The notes under the pieces were generated by a model. It did no database searches. It saw only the letters and a list, made by a program, of their open reading frames with translations, and was not told the origin of the DNA. From an uncultured Oscillospiraceae bacterium (GTDB lineage Bacteria > Bacillota > Clostridia > UMGS1883 > UMGS1540): a stretch of DNA of 34,689 nt. The stretch is from assembly GCA_964623915.1 (NCBI GenBank), contig CAZUVQ010000003.1, positions 1 through 34,689 of the forward strand, in the 5' to 3' direction. Made by a program: the position numbers and the translations under genes. Below, piece by piece: positions 26,861 through 34,689 of this stretch (position 1 is its first letter; the number at the start of each line of letters is the position of its first letter).

Positions 26861-27614
26861 TATTATAAAACCTCTTTGCGTTTTCTGTTGTTGCACTAAT
26901 CACTTCTTCCGTCTTTATACCTCTTATTTGTGCAATCCTTTCCGCTACAAATGGTAAATATGAGGAATCATTTCTTTTCCCTCTGTGCGGAACTGGTGTT
27001 AAATAAGGACAATCGGTTTCAAGCATTAAGCGGTCAAGCGGAACAAAGTTTGCCACCTCGGCTGTTTTTACGGCATTTTTAAATGTAACGGTTCCACCGA
27101 GAGATATATAAAATCCCATATCAAGCACTATTTTAAGCGTTTCCACGCTTCCTGAAAAGCAGTGCATCACGATATTCAAGTCTTTTGCTTCGGCTTTGAG
27201 AATTTCAAGGCAGTCACGGCAAGCCTCTCGCTCGTGTATAACAACCGGAAGTTCTACCTCCCGTGCAAGGCATAGCTGTTTTGAAAAAACATCTTTCTGT
27301 ACGCTTCTGGGAGAAAAATCATAGTGATAGTCAAGACCTATTTCACCAATGGCAACTGTTTTTTTGTGGCTTGCCATTTTTTTTATCTCTTCATATATTT
27401 CGTCAGAAAATTCAGTTGCGTTGTGGGGGTGAACCCCGACAGCCGCATAAATAAACGGATATTTTTCAGCAAGAGATATGCTTTTACGGCTTGTTTTTAT
27501 ACTGTCACCGTTGTTTATAATGATTTCTACGCCCTGTAGGGGCATACCGGCTAATAATTCATGGCGGTCATTATTAAATGCTTTATCATCATAGTGTGCG
27601 TGTGTGTCGATCAT
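26853..27614 (-). CDS. tatD: TatD-family metal-dependent hydrolase / DNase (YabD-like)
   Basis: MIDTHAHY, AIGEIGLDYHY, VVIHEREA and LLETDCPYL motifs are present. GGAGG lies 6 nt before ATG 27614. The 3' end overlaps the mnmA 3' end by 8 nt (convergent). Confidence 0.9.
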   Translation of the reverse strand: MIDTHAHYDDKAFNNDRHELLAGMPLQGVEIIINNGDSIKTSRKSISLAEKYPFIYAAVGVHPHNATEFSDEIYEEIKKMASHKKTVAIGEIGLDYHYDFSPRSVQKDVFSKQLCLAREVELPVVIHEREACRDCLEILKAEAKDLNIVMHCFSGSVETLKIVLDMGFYISLGGTVTFKNAVKTAEVANFVPLDRLMLETDCPYLTPVPHRGKRNDSSYLPFVAERIAQIRGIKTEEVISATTENAKRFYNIT

Positions 27615-27630
27615 TTTTTCCTCCAAAGCC

Positions 27631-27656
27631 AAAAAAGCGGGCTATCCCGCTTTTTT
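27631..27656 (-). terminator. Short symmetric terminator-like hairpin between metG and tatD
   Basis: AAAAAAGCGGG-CTAT-CCCGCTTTTTT has a 5-bp GC stem with flanking A6/T6 runs. It lies immediately after the metG stop and about 17 nt before the tatD RBS. Confidence 0.6.
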
Positions 27657-27657
27657 A

Positions 27658-29580
27658 TTAACTGATTTTTATACCGTCGGGCATATCCTTATCAAGCGTC
27701 ACTAAAGATAAATCTTTTTTGTCAGATGCGGCAAGCACCATTCCCTCAGAAAGAACACCACGAAGCTTTACAGGCTTTAAATTAACAATAACGGCAACGT
27801 TTTTGCCGATAAATTCCTCGGGTGAATAGTATTTTGCAATTCCCGATACAATCTGCAATGTCTTTTCTCCAACACGTATTTTTGAAACAAGCAGTTTGTC
27901 AGAGCCTTCAACATAACGTGATTCCAAAACCTTGCCAACTTTTATATCAAGGCGAGCAAAATCCTCAATACTAATAAGGTTTTGTTCCTCCTGTGCTGAT
28001 ACTGGAGCGGTTGTTTTTGTAATTTCCGCTTCGATTTGTGCAAGTTTTTTAGCTTCATCAAGACGATTGAATAGTGGGGTTGCAGTACCTACAAAAGTTC
28101 CGGGCACAGTATTGCCAAAGCTTTGTATGCTTTCCCAATCAGTATTTGCCGCATTTATTTGAGAAAAGATGTTTTTTGCGGTTTCCGGCATGAAAGGCAT
28201 TAGCATTACAGCAATATATCTTATGGATTCTGTAAGGTTATATAAAACAGCACAAAGGCGTTGTTTCTTTTCCTCGTCCTTGGCAAGTGCCCATGGCATT
28301 GTTTCATCAATGTATTTGTTGGAACGCTTTGAAAGATTCATTACTATATCAAGAGCATCTGCCATACGGAAAGTGTCCATTTTCTCCTTGTATGAGTTAA
28401 CCGACTCAGCCGCAAATGCCTTTAACTGCTCATCAACAGGTTCTGCACAGCTATTGTTACTAAGTTCTCCGCCGAAATATTTTGTTATCATGGCTACTGT
28501 TCTGTTTACAAGGTTTCCTAAATTATTGGCAAGATCAGAATTATATCGGGCTATAATAGTTTCATAGGAAATAGTTCCGTCCTGAGCAAAAGGCATTTCA
28601 CTTAAAAGATAATAGCGAACGGCATCAACTCCAAACTGACGGACAAGGTCATCGGCATACATTACATTTCCGCGTGATTTGCTCATCTTATCCATTCCTG
28701 ACAAAAGCCATGGATGACCAAAAACCTGTTTTGGCAAAGGCTCACCTAAAGCCATTAACATAATTGGCCAATAAATTGTATGAAATCTCAATATATCCTT
28801 GCCGATTATATGAACATCCGCCGGCCAGTACTTTTCATAAAGCTCACCTTTTTCATCAGGCGAATAACCTAATGCTGTTATATAATTAGATAGTGCATCA
28901 ATCCAAACATAAACAACGTGTTTATCATCAAAATCAACAGGAATACCCCAATCAAATGACGTTCTTGAAACACACAAATCCTGAAGACCCGGTTTTAAAA
29001 AGTTATTAACCATTTCCTTTTTACGGCTATCAGGCTGAATAAACATGGGGTTTTCCTCAATATGCTTCATGAGGGCATCTTGATATTTACTCATTTTGAA
29101 GAAGTATGCTTCTTCCTTTGTTTTCTTAACAGGCCTGCCACAATCGGGACATAAACCGTTAACAAGCTGTGTTTCTGTGAAAAAAGATTCGTCGGGAACG
29201 CAATACAAGCCTTCATATTCCCCTTTGTAAATATCGCCTTTTTCATATAATTTTTTGAATATTTTTCTAACTGCTTCAATGTGATAATCATCAGTTGTCC
29301 TGATAAATTTATCGTAACTGGCACCCATTAAGTCCCATATCTGACGAATTTGTCCGGCAACACCATCCACATATTCCTTTGGCATCATACCGCACTGCTC
29401 GGCGACTTCCTGGATTTTCTGACCGTGCTCATCTGTGCCTGTCAGAAAAAACACATCAAAACCCAGCATCTTTTTATATCTTGCAATAGCGTCAGTCAAT
29501 ACTACCTCATATGTATTTCCTATATGAGGTTTCCTTGAGGTGTAGGCTATGGCGGTCGTTATATAAAATTTTTCTTTCAT
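27658..29580 (-). CDS. metG: Methionine--tRNA ligase with a C-terminal tRNA-binding (Trbp111/EMAP-like) domain
   Basis: HIGH-type motif KPHIGNTYE, KMSKS motif, a zinc knuckle CPDCGRP, and a C-terminal LDIKVGKVLE...VSGIAKYY...LRGVLSEGMVLA domain. GGAAAGG lies 10 nt before ATG 29580. Confidence 0.93.
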   Translation of the reverse strand: MKEKFYITTAIAYTSRKPHIGNTYEVVLTDAIARYKKMLGFDVFFLTGTDEHGQKIQEVAEQCGMMPKEYVDGVAGQIRQIWDLMGASYDKFIRTTDDYHIEAVRKIFKKLYEKGDIYKGEYEGLYCVPDESFFTETQLVNGLCPDCGRPVKKTKEEAYFFKMSKYQDALMKHIEENPMFIQPDSRKKEMVNNFLKPGLQDLCVSRTSFDWGIPVDFDDKHVVYVWIDALSNYITALGYSPDEKGELYEKYWPADVHIIGKDILRFHTIYWPIMLMALGEPLPKQVFGHPWLLSGMDKMSKSRGNVMYADDLVRQFGVDAVRYYLLSEMPFAQDGTISYETIIARYNSDLANNLGNLVNRTVAMITKYFGGELSNNSCAEPVDEQLKAFAAESVNSYKEKMDTFRMADALDIVMNLSKRSNKYIDETMPWALAKDEEKKQRLCAVLYNLTESIRYIAVMLMPFMPETAKNIFSQINAANTDWESIQSFGNTVPGTFVGTATPLFNRLDEAKKLAQIEAEITKTTAPVSAQEEQNLISIEDFARLDIKVGKVLESRYVEGSDKLLVSKIRVGEKTLQIVSGIAKYYSPEEFIGKNVAVIVNLKPVKLRGVLSEGMVLAASDKKDLSLVTLDKDMPDGIKIS

Positions 29581-29614
29581 ATAAATCAAACCTTTCCATT
29601 TAAGTAATAAAACT

Positions 29615-29642
29615 ATTATACCATTTTTTTAATTTTTTTCAA
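29615..29642 (-). promoter_or_regulatory. Sigma-A promoter of metG (TTGAAA-16-TGgTATAAT on the minus strand)
   Basis: On the minus strand: TTGAAA (29642-37), a 16-nt spacer ending in TGg, then TATAAT (29620-15). The leader is only about 30 nt. Confidence 0.55.
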
Positions 29643-29669
29643 GTATTTTCATTCAATTTAATTTATGTA

Positions 29670-29706
29670 AAACAAAGGCAGAGCCACCAGAGCCCTGCCT
29701 TTGTTT
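29670..29706 (-). terminator. Rho-independent terminator after the CBS-domain gene
   Basis: AAACAAAGGCAG (29670-81) pairs with CTGCCTTTGTTT (29695-706). The structure is symmetric with A/T flanks and overlaps the stop codon of the CBS gene. Confidence 0.8.
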
Positions 29707-30149
29707 TATTTTTTATCCGGATATTTCTTGTGACAACCCTTTGAAATTTCACAAAGAGCTTCGGCAGCTTCAATTTTAAAGTCACGGCACAAAGCTACAT
29801 CACCAAGTGCTACTATTCCTACAACCTCACCGTTTTCAACAACGGGAATTCTTCTGACTTTGTCTCTTGACATAATATCTGCCACTTCATAAACATCTGC
29901 GTCCGCCTCAACTGTTTTAACGTTTGTGGTCATTATTTCCGAGACAGGAGTTTCAAGAGCGTCAAGACCTCTGGCTATATCACGGATTACAATATCTCTG
30001 TCAGTTACAATGCCGACAACACGTCCTTCATCATCAGCAACTGGAACAGACCCAATATTGTGTTCTCTCATGACTCTTGCTGCATCAATAACACTGCTTT
30101 TCTCCGAAATTACAACTGCCGGTTCTGTCATAATGTCTCTTATCGTCAT
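29706..30149 (-). CDS. CBS-domain pair protein
   Basis: There are two CBS repeats (IMTEPAVVISEKSSVIDAARVMREHNIGSVPV and IMTTNVKTVEADADVYEVADIMSRDKVRRIPV). GGAGG lies 5 nt before ATG 30149. Confidence 0.85.
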   Translation of the reverse strand: MTIRDIMTEPAVVISEKSSVIDAARVMREHNIGSVPVADDEGRVVGIVTDRDIVIRDIARGLDALETPVSEIMTTNVKTVEADADVYEVADIMSRDKVRRIPVVENGEVVGIVALGDVALCRDFKIEAAEALCEISKGCHKKYPDKK

Positions 30150-30203
30150 AATTACCTCCGAAAGCAGCGGCTCTTTTTCAAACCGCATAGTTATTATGGC
30201 ACA

Positions 30204-30974
30204 TTAATCTTTGTTTAATACTAAAAAAATATTCCAATTTCTAACAAGAGGCTGTTTTCCTCTCCAGGAGAAGGCACGGTCACAATATTTATTTGCAAAC
30301 TGCTTATTTGATAAAGCCGCAATTTCTTCAATGTTAGGCGAAAAAATTAAATTTTCTCTGAAATCAGAAAGAGGAGTTTCTTCGATATCTTTATTATGAG
30401 GACATACTTCCTGACAAATGTCACACCCCCATATAAGACCGCTTTTTATTAAAATTCCTTCTTCTTCTGCCGATAAAATTCCTCGTCTTTGTGAAATTTC
30501 AGAAGCACAGATGCCTTTTTCTATATTACCCGGGCAAGCGGTTTTGCATTTATCGCATCTTATGCATCTTTTTAATAGCGGTTTGTCCTCCTCAAGCCAC
30601 ATATCTGTTTTTATATATCCGATGAATGTGTAGCTGCCATATTTTTCGTTTATTAGCATTCCGCTTTTGCCAAAAAAACCAAGCCCTGCATTATAAGCAT
30701 ATTTTCTTTCAACCGCATCTCCTATATCCGCAAAACTAAAGGCAGTAAAGCCTTTATCTTTTACAAAATCTGCAATTTGGTTTAGATATTTTGCTATTAT
30801 TTTATGATAGTCAAGAGATACGGCATAACGGGAAATGGTTCTTTTCTCATTTGTTTTTATGTAATAGGGGAAAAGACAGACAACGGCATATAATCCGTCA
30901 TCTGTTTTTGTTACCCCCACCTCGGTAATGCCCATATTATGAATAAAGTTTAAAAGCTCTTCCTTCAAATACAA
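30204..30974 (-). CDS. QueG-like epoxyqueuosine reductase family protein (two 4Fe-4S motifs)
   Basis: CIRCDKCKTACPG and CDICQEVCPHN are ferredoxin-type motifs. YAVSLDYHK and AGLGFFGKSGMLIN resemble the QueG core. The start is TTG (30974 or 30968) after GGAAAGGAA. It is shorter than canonical QueG. Confidence 0.6.
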   Translation of the reverse strand: MYLKEELLNFIHNMGITEVGVTKTDDGLYAVVCLFPYYIKTNEKRTISRYAVSLDYHKIIAKYLNQIADFVKDKGFTAFSFADIGDAVERKYAYNAGLGFFGKSGMLINEKYGSYTFIGYIKTDMWLEEDKPLLKRCIRCDKCKTACPGNIEKGICASEISQRRGILSAEEEGILIKSGLIWGCDICQEVCPHNKDIEETPLSDFRENLIFSPNIEEIAALSNKQFANKYCDRAFSWRGKQPLVRNWNIFLVLNKD

Positions 30975-30994
30975 ACATTCCTTTCCGTAAAAAA

Positions 30995-31222
30995 TTAAAG
31001 ATTTTTCTCAAAGCTCTGCACCATTCTTCTGACCATTTCTCCGCCGATAGGTCCGCCCTCGCTGCCGTTTTGTTTTGCCGTTAGGTCACCCTTATAATGG
31101 TCGTTGTTTTCTTTTGCAAACTGAACTCTTCCTATTTCCTGTGCAACCTCAAGCTTAAATTTTGTCATACCGTCATAAGCTTCGGGCACCGCCAATCTTG
31201 ATTTTCTATAATTTTTTGACAT
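30995..31222 (-). CDS. Alpha/beta-type small acid-soluble spore protein
   Basis: 75 aa. KLEVAQEIG and GGEMVRRMV are the two conserved SASP DNA-binding blocks. GGAGG lies 6 nt before the ATG. Confidence 0.85.
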   Translation of the reverse strand: MSKNYRKSRLAVPEAYDGMTKFKLEVAQEIGRVQFAKENNDHYKGDLTAKQNGSEGGPIGGEMVRRMVQSFEKNL

Positions 31223-31254
31223 ATTAACCTCCGAAAATAAAATTATCTCAAGGT

Positions 31255-31284
31255 TATTTTGTCAGATACCGATTTTTTTATTCA
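31255..31284 (-). promoter_or_regulatory. Candidate forespore sigma-G-type promoter of the SASP gene
   Basis: On the minus strand: TGAATA (31284-79), a 17-nt spacer, then CAAAATA (31261-55). This resembles the sigma-G consensus GnATR-17/18-CATnnTA. The -35 element overlaps the comFC stop codon. Confidence 0.4.
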
Positions 31285-31992
31285 CCCGCCAAAAGTTGCC
31301 GCCACGGCGCATACAATAATTTCACCGGCACCCATTTTTTTCAAAATTTTAGCACATTCACCCGTTGTTGAGCCTGTTGTTATAACATCATCCACAAGAA
31401 TAATAGTCTCTCCATGAAGCTGATTGTTTTTTTTAGGTACAAAAACGTTTTTAACCGCTTCACCTCGCTGCTTTTTATTCATTTTTGAAAGCGGTTTAGT
31501 GTTTTTAGTTTTTTTGAGTAAAGGCATCACCACAATCCCGGTGATTTCAGAAAGTGATTTTGCAATAAGCTGTGACTGATTATATCCACGCTTGCTTTTC
31601 CTTAAAAAATGTATCGGAACAAAAGTAATAATATCACCTGTAATATTTTTTCTTAAAATTTCAATGAAAATAAATGATGCAAGCGTTGCGGCAAGATATG
31701 ATTTCCTGTAAAATTTAAGGCTTATTATAGCTTTTCTGATTTCATCCTTATAAATGAACGGTGCCAAAGTAAGGCTTACTGCCTTCTTTTTGCCCTTGCA
31801 GGAAATACAGATGTTTTCTCCGTAAACAGAATCTAACGGCATTCCACAGACATTACAGCAATGAGAGTTAAATGGAAGTGTTTTTGTACATTGTGGGCAT
31901 ACGAGAAGTTTGTAATCATATAAATCGGCACTGCAAACCATGCATTTTGGCGGATATAGAATATTTGTCAATAAATCAAAAAATTTTTTCAA
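31282..31992 (-). CDS. comFC: ComF-family phosphoribosyltransferase-like competence protein
   Basis: The N-terminus is Cys-rich and zinc-finger-like (CMVCSA...CPQC...CNVCG). The PRPP-binding loop is IILVDDVITTGST. The TTG start overlaps the recD2 stop (TTGA). Confidence 0.88.
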   Translation of the reverse strand: MKKFFDLLTNILYPPKCMVCSADLYDYKLLVCPQCTKTLPFNSHCCNVCGMPLDSVYGENICISCKGKKKAVSLTLAPFIYKDEIRKAIISLKFYRKSYLAATLASFIFIEILRKNITGDIITFVPIHFLRKSKRGYNQSQLIAKSLSEITGIVVMPLLKKTKNTKPLSKMNKKQRGEAVKNVFVPKKNNQLHGETIILVDDVITTGSTTGECAKILKKMGAGEIIVCAVAATFGG

Positions 31993-34187
31993 GATAAATT
32001 CTCCAATCGAAATTTTAATCCGGAATATCTCTTTGTTTCACTGTTGTTTTCTACCATTTTATAAAGCACAGCTTCCCTGCCCACAAGAATAACAAGCTGC
32101 CTTGCTCGCGTCAAGGCTGTATATAAAAGATTTCTGCTCATAAGCTGAGGTGCAAAAGGGAAAAGCGGCATAATTACTACCGGAAATTCACTGCCCTGGC
32201 TTTTGTGAACGGTAACGGCATAGGCAAGCTCCAGCTCATCAAGACCCGTAAAGTCATATTTCACAAGTCGTTCACCGTCATAAATAACACCAATCTGATG
32301 CTCTTTTGTGCTAATATAATCTATTATTCCTATATCACCGTTGAAAACACCCTCGCCTTCTCGCCCTGTTTTGATGTCCTTCCACGTAATAATGTAATTA
32401 TTTTTAATCTGCATAACCTTGTCCCCTATGCGAAAAACAGTTTCTCCAACCTTTTTTTCGCCCTTTTTCTTATCCTGGGGATTGAGCTTTTCCTGAAGCC
32501 TTTTGTTAAGCTCGGAAACACCGAGCATAGTTCTTCTTGCAGGGGTAACAACCTGTATGTCAGAGAGGGGATTAAAGCCATATGCATTGGGAATTCTTCT
32601 TGTGTAAAGGTCAGCAAGTGTTTCTGCAATATCTGTTCCGGCGGTTCGACCTATGTGGAAAAAATCCTTACCCTTTTCATTAAGTAATGGTTTTTCACCG
32701 CTGTTAATTCTATGTGCATTCACAATTATCATGCTTTCAGCCGCCTGCCTGTATATCTCATTAAGCCTTACTGTAGGTATTTTACAGCTTGAAATGATAT
32801 CCCTTAAAACATTTCCCGCACCGACTGAGGGAAGCTGGTCGGCATCACCTGCCATTATTATCCTTGCAGTGGGCTTTAACGCTTTTAACAATGAATACAT
32901 AAGCGAAATATCAACCATGCTCATCTCGTCAACGATTATAACGTCCTCATCTAAGGGGTTACACTCACACCTTGCGAAATGCTGTTTTTCACCTTCGGAA
33001 AAATTAATTTCAAGTAAACGGTGTATTGTTTTACCCTCCATACCGCACGTTTCAGTAAGCCTTTTTGCGGCACGCCCTGTGGGAGCACATAAAGCCACCG
33101 AAAGGCCTACCTCCTCCATCATTGTAATTATAGCGTTGATTATGGTGGTTTTGCCTGTTCCGGGGCCTCCAGTGATTATCAATATATTGTGTATAGCGGC
33201 AAGCTGACAAGCCTTGAATTGTTTTTCTGAAAACTCAAGTTTTTGTTCACGCTCTATTTTTTTTATTGTGCCTTCAATGCCGGAAATTGTTAAACCGGGT
33301 TTTATAGAACGAAGCTGAGTTAATATTTTTGCGCTTCCGTGTTCTGCATTATAGTAAAAAGGCAGATATAGTGCATCCTTGTCATCAATTCTCTCTGCCA
33401 CAAGCTTGCTCTGTGACAAAAGCGAAATGACAGTGCTTTCAATAGGAGCAATTTCTGCAGATAACAACCTTGAACATTCTTCTATAAGCTCTTGCCTTTC
33501 AACAAAAGTATCTCCGTTTTGTGTGCGCTGAGTCAGAACAAACAAAACACCATAGGTCAGTCGGTTACTATCTGAATAGTCAATTCCCATCATAGATGCT
33601 ATCTTATCGGCTGTTTTAAACCCAATTCCGTCAATTTCACAGATAATATAAGGGTTTTCCTTGATTTTACTTACCGATTCCGTACCGAATTTATTGAAAA
33701 CCATAACTGCAAACTGCGGGGTTACACCGAATGGGGATAAAAACATGACAAGATTTTGAATAAATTGTTTGGACATAAGGGATTCATTCATGCCAAGAGC
33801 TTTTCTTTCGCTTATCCCCTTTATTCCGGTAAGCCTTAAAGGTTCATCTCTTATTATATCAAGAGATTTATCACTGAATTTTTTTACTATTTTCTGTGCC
33901 GTCGAAGGGCCAATACCTTTTATTACGCCGGTTGATAAATACATTAGTATTTGCATTTCGTTTTTTGGCAAAATACTCTGATAGGTATTAACGCGAAACT
34001 GTGAACCGTATTCAGAATGGCTTGTCCATTCACCGGTAAAAGATACGGTTTCACCGGGTGCAATTCCGGGCATAACGCCAACGGCTACAAATTCCTCGCT
34101 GTCACATCCGACAGCGCAAACTGTGTAGCCGTTTGATTCATTTACATATATTATTTCGCTTATAACACCTTCAACATTTTCTTTCAT
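31989..34187 (-). CDS. recD2: SF1B ATP-dependent RecD-like DNA helicase
   Basis: 732 aa. Walker A is ITGGPGTGKTT and Walker B is IIVDEMSMVD. The motifs AGDADQLPSVGAGNV and AVTVHKSQGSEF are present, with helix-hairpin-helix-type N-terminal domains. Confidence 0.92.
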   Translation of the reverse strand: MKENVEGVISEIIYVNESNGYTVCAVGCDSEEFVAVGVMPGIAPGETVSFTGEWTSHSEYGSQFRVNTYQSILPKNEMQILMYLSTGVIKGIGPSTAQKIVKKFSDKSLDIIRDEPLRLTGIKGISERKALGMNESLMSKQFIQNLVMFLSPFGVTPQFAVMVFNKFGTESVSKIKENPYIICEIDGIGFKTADKIASMMGIDYSDSNRLTYGVLFVLTQRTQNGDTFVERQELIEECSRLLSAEIAPIESTVISLLSQSKLVAERIDDKDALYLPFYYNAEHGSAKILTQLRSIKPGLTISGIEGTIKKIEREQKLEFSEKQFKACQLAAIHNILIITGGPGTGKTTIINAIITMMEEVGLSVALCAPTGRAAKRLTETCGMEGKTIHRLLEINFSEGEKQHFARCECNPLDEDVIIVDEMSMVDISLMYSLLKALKPTARIIMAGDADQLPSVGAGNVLRDIISSCKIPTVRLNEIYRQAAESMIIVNAHRINSGEKPLLNEKGKDFFHIGRTAGTDIAETLADLYTRRIPNAYGFNPLSDIQVVTPARRTMLGVSELNKRLQEKLNPQDKKKGEKKVGETVFRIGDKVMQIKNNYIITWKDIKTGREGEGVFNGDIGIIDYISTKEHQIGVIYDGERLVKYDFTGLDELELAYAVTVHKSQGSEFPVVIMPLFPFAPQLMSRNLLYTALTRARQLVILVGREAVLYKMVENNSETKRYSGLKFRLENLS

Positions 34188-34196
34188 ATATTATCC

Positions 34197-34475
34197 TTAA
34201 AAATCTTTTCTTGTTACTCCGTGAGTGCGGCAGAGGGCATCAACCAGCTCATTTTCGCCGCCTCTTATGTAAACATCACAGTTTCTAAAGTATTTATCTG
34301 CCACTCTTTTTGCGGTAATTACCGCATACTCAAAATCTTCGTCGGCTGTATCTGCGTCAATTACAATTTCTATTCGCGTTTTTTCTATATCACCAAGCAT
34401 AGCACTAATAAGTATATAAGATGATACCGCCAGCATCAATACTATAATACCGGCAACAAGATATTCAGCCAGCAT
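34197..34475 (-). CDS. Small N-terminally membrane-anchored protein of unknown function
   Basis: 92 aa from ATG 34475, with GGAAAGGAA 8 nt upstream. The TM helix is MLAEYLVAGIIVLMLAVSSYILISAML, followed by an acidic soluble domain. The gene ends 9 nt before recD2. I recognise no family. Confidence 0.6.
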   Translation of the reverse strand: MLAEYLVAGIIVLMLAVSSYILISAMLGDIEKTRIEIVIDADTADEDFEYAVITAKRVADKYFRNCDVYIRGGENELVDALCRTHGVTRKDF

Positions 34476-34505
34476 AACATACGTTCCTTTCCGGGGCGTA
34501 TGCGT

Positions 34506-34547
34506 CACACCCCCATACCATAATATATGAATAAGGGGGTGTTTTTG
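34506..34547. terminator. GC-rich hairpin downstream of metK whose T-tract lies on the plus strand
   Basis: ACACCCCC (34507-14) pairs with GGGGGTGT (34535-42) around a 20-nt AT-rich loop. TTTT follows on the plus strand only. Confidence 0.4.
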
Positions 34548-34551
34548 TTCA

Positions 34552-34689
34552 TTATCTCAACTTCGTATCGGTTTTTTCCCACGGAAACAAGATATCATCT
34601 CTTCCAAAGTGACCGTAGGATGCGGTTTGTTTGTACATAGGCCTGCGCAGCCCGAACTTCTCTATAATTGCATCGGGGCGCATATCAAA
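34552..34689 (-). CDS. metK: S-adenosylmethionine synthase, C-terminal 45 aa (5' end lies outside the window)
   Basis: The reverse-strand translation [45 protein letters not shown] is the conserved MetK C-terminus. The stop is TAA (34554-34552). Confidence 0.9.
   Translation of the reverse strand, partial: FDMRPDAIIEKFGLRRPMYKQTASYGHFGRDDILFPWEKTDTKLR

Noticed and set aside
29581-29705. Possible T-box leader upstream of metG
   Set aside because: The promoter leaves a leader of only about 30 nt. There is no specifier hairpin, no T-box sequence and no antiterminator. The only hairpin present is the terminator of the upstream CBS gene.
32205-33207. Two plus-strand ORFs (160 and 184 aa) inside recD2, plus similar antisense ORFs inside the ATPase, nrdD, metG and topoisomerase genes
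   Set aside because: All are shadow ORFs in the antisense frames of strongly supported genes. They show no start context and no recognisable motifs.
1-34689. Search for CRISPR repeats, tRNA or rRNA genes, IS or transposon ends, integrases, reverse transcriptases, and defence or toxin-antitoxin modules
   Set aside because: I saw no regularly spaced direct repeats and no tRNA-like T-arm or acceptor patterns. No ORF carries transposase, integrase, RT, nuclease-NTPase defence or TA hallmarks. Every intergenic hairpin is a distinct terminator rather than a repeated element family.

Overview
AT-rich chromosomal window from a low-GC Bacillota organism. It looks like an anaerobic, spore-forming member of the Clostridia: it has class III RNR nrdDG, an alpha/beta-type SASP and an SLH-anchored S-layer protein. 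I can support 28 protein-coding genes, two of them truncated by the window edges (secA at the 5' end, metK at the 3' end). Most are core housekeeping genes: secA-prfB, dtd, cdsA, nrdDG, hflX-yigZ-mnmA, tatD-metG, a queG-like gene, recD2-comFC and metK. The less ordinary parts are (i) a secreted S8 subtilase followed by a very highly expressed-looking S-layer gene with tandem promoters and a structured leader, (ii) a P2-type ATPase behind what reads as a yybP-ykoY (Mn2+) riboswitch with a terminator expression platform, (iii) a vanW / orphan type-IIA topoisomerase B-subunit / araC gene string, (iv) a phased array of NrdR boxes in front of nrdDG, and (v) a stand-alone cdsA with a repeat-rich leader. 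By eye I found no rRNA, tRNA, CRISPR array, transposase, integrase, reverse transcriptase or recognisable defence or toxin-antitoxin module. I cannot point to a clearly novel multi-gene system, and the findings are scored accordingly. All motif calls come from reading the sequence and translations by eye, and no database or folding program was run. Several ORF-track starts were moved to downstream start codons that have a Shine-Dalgarno sequence.
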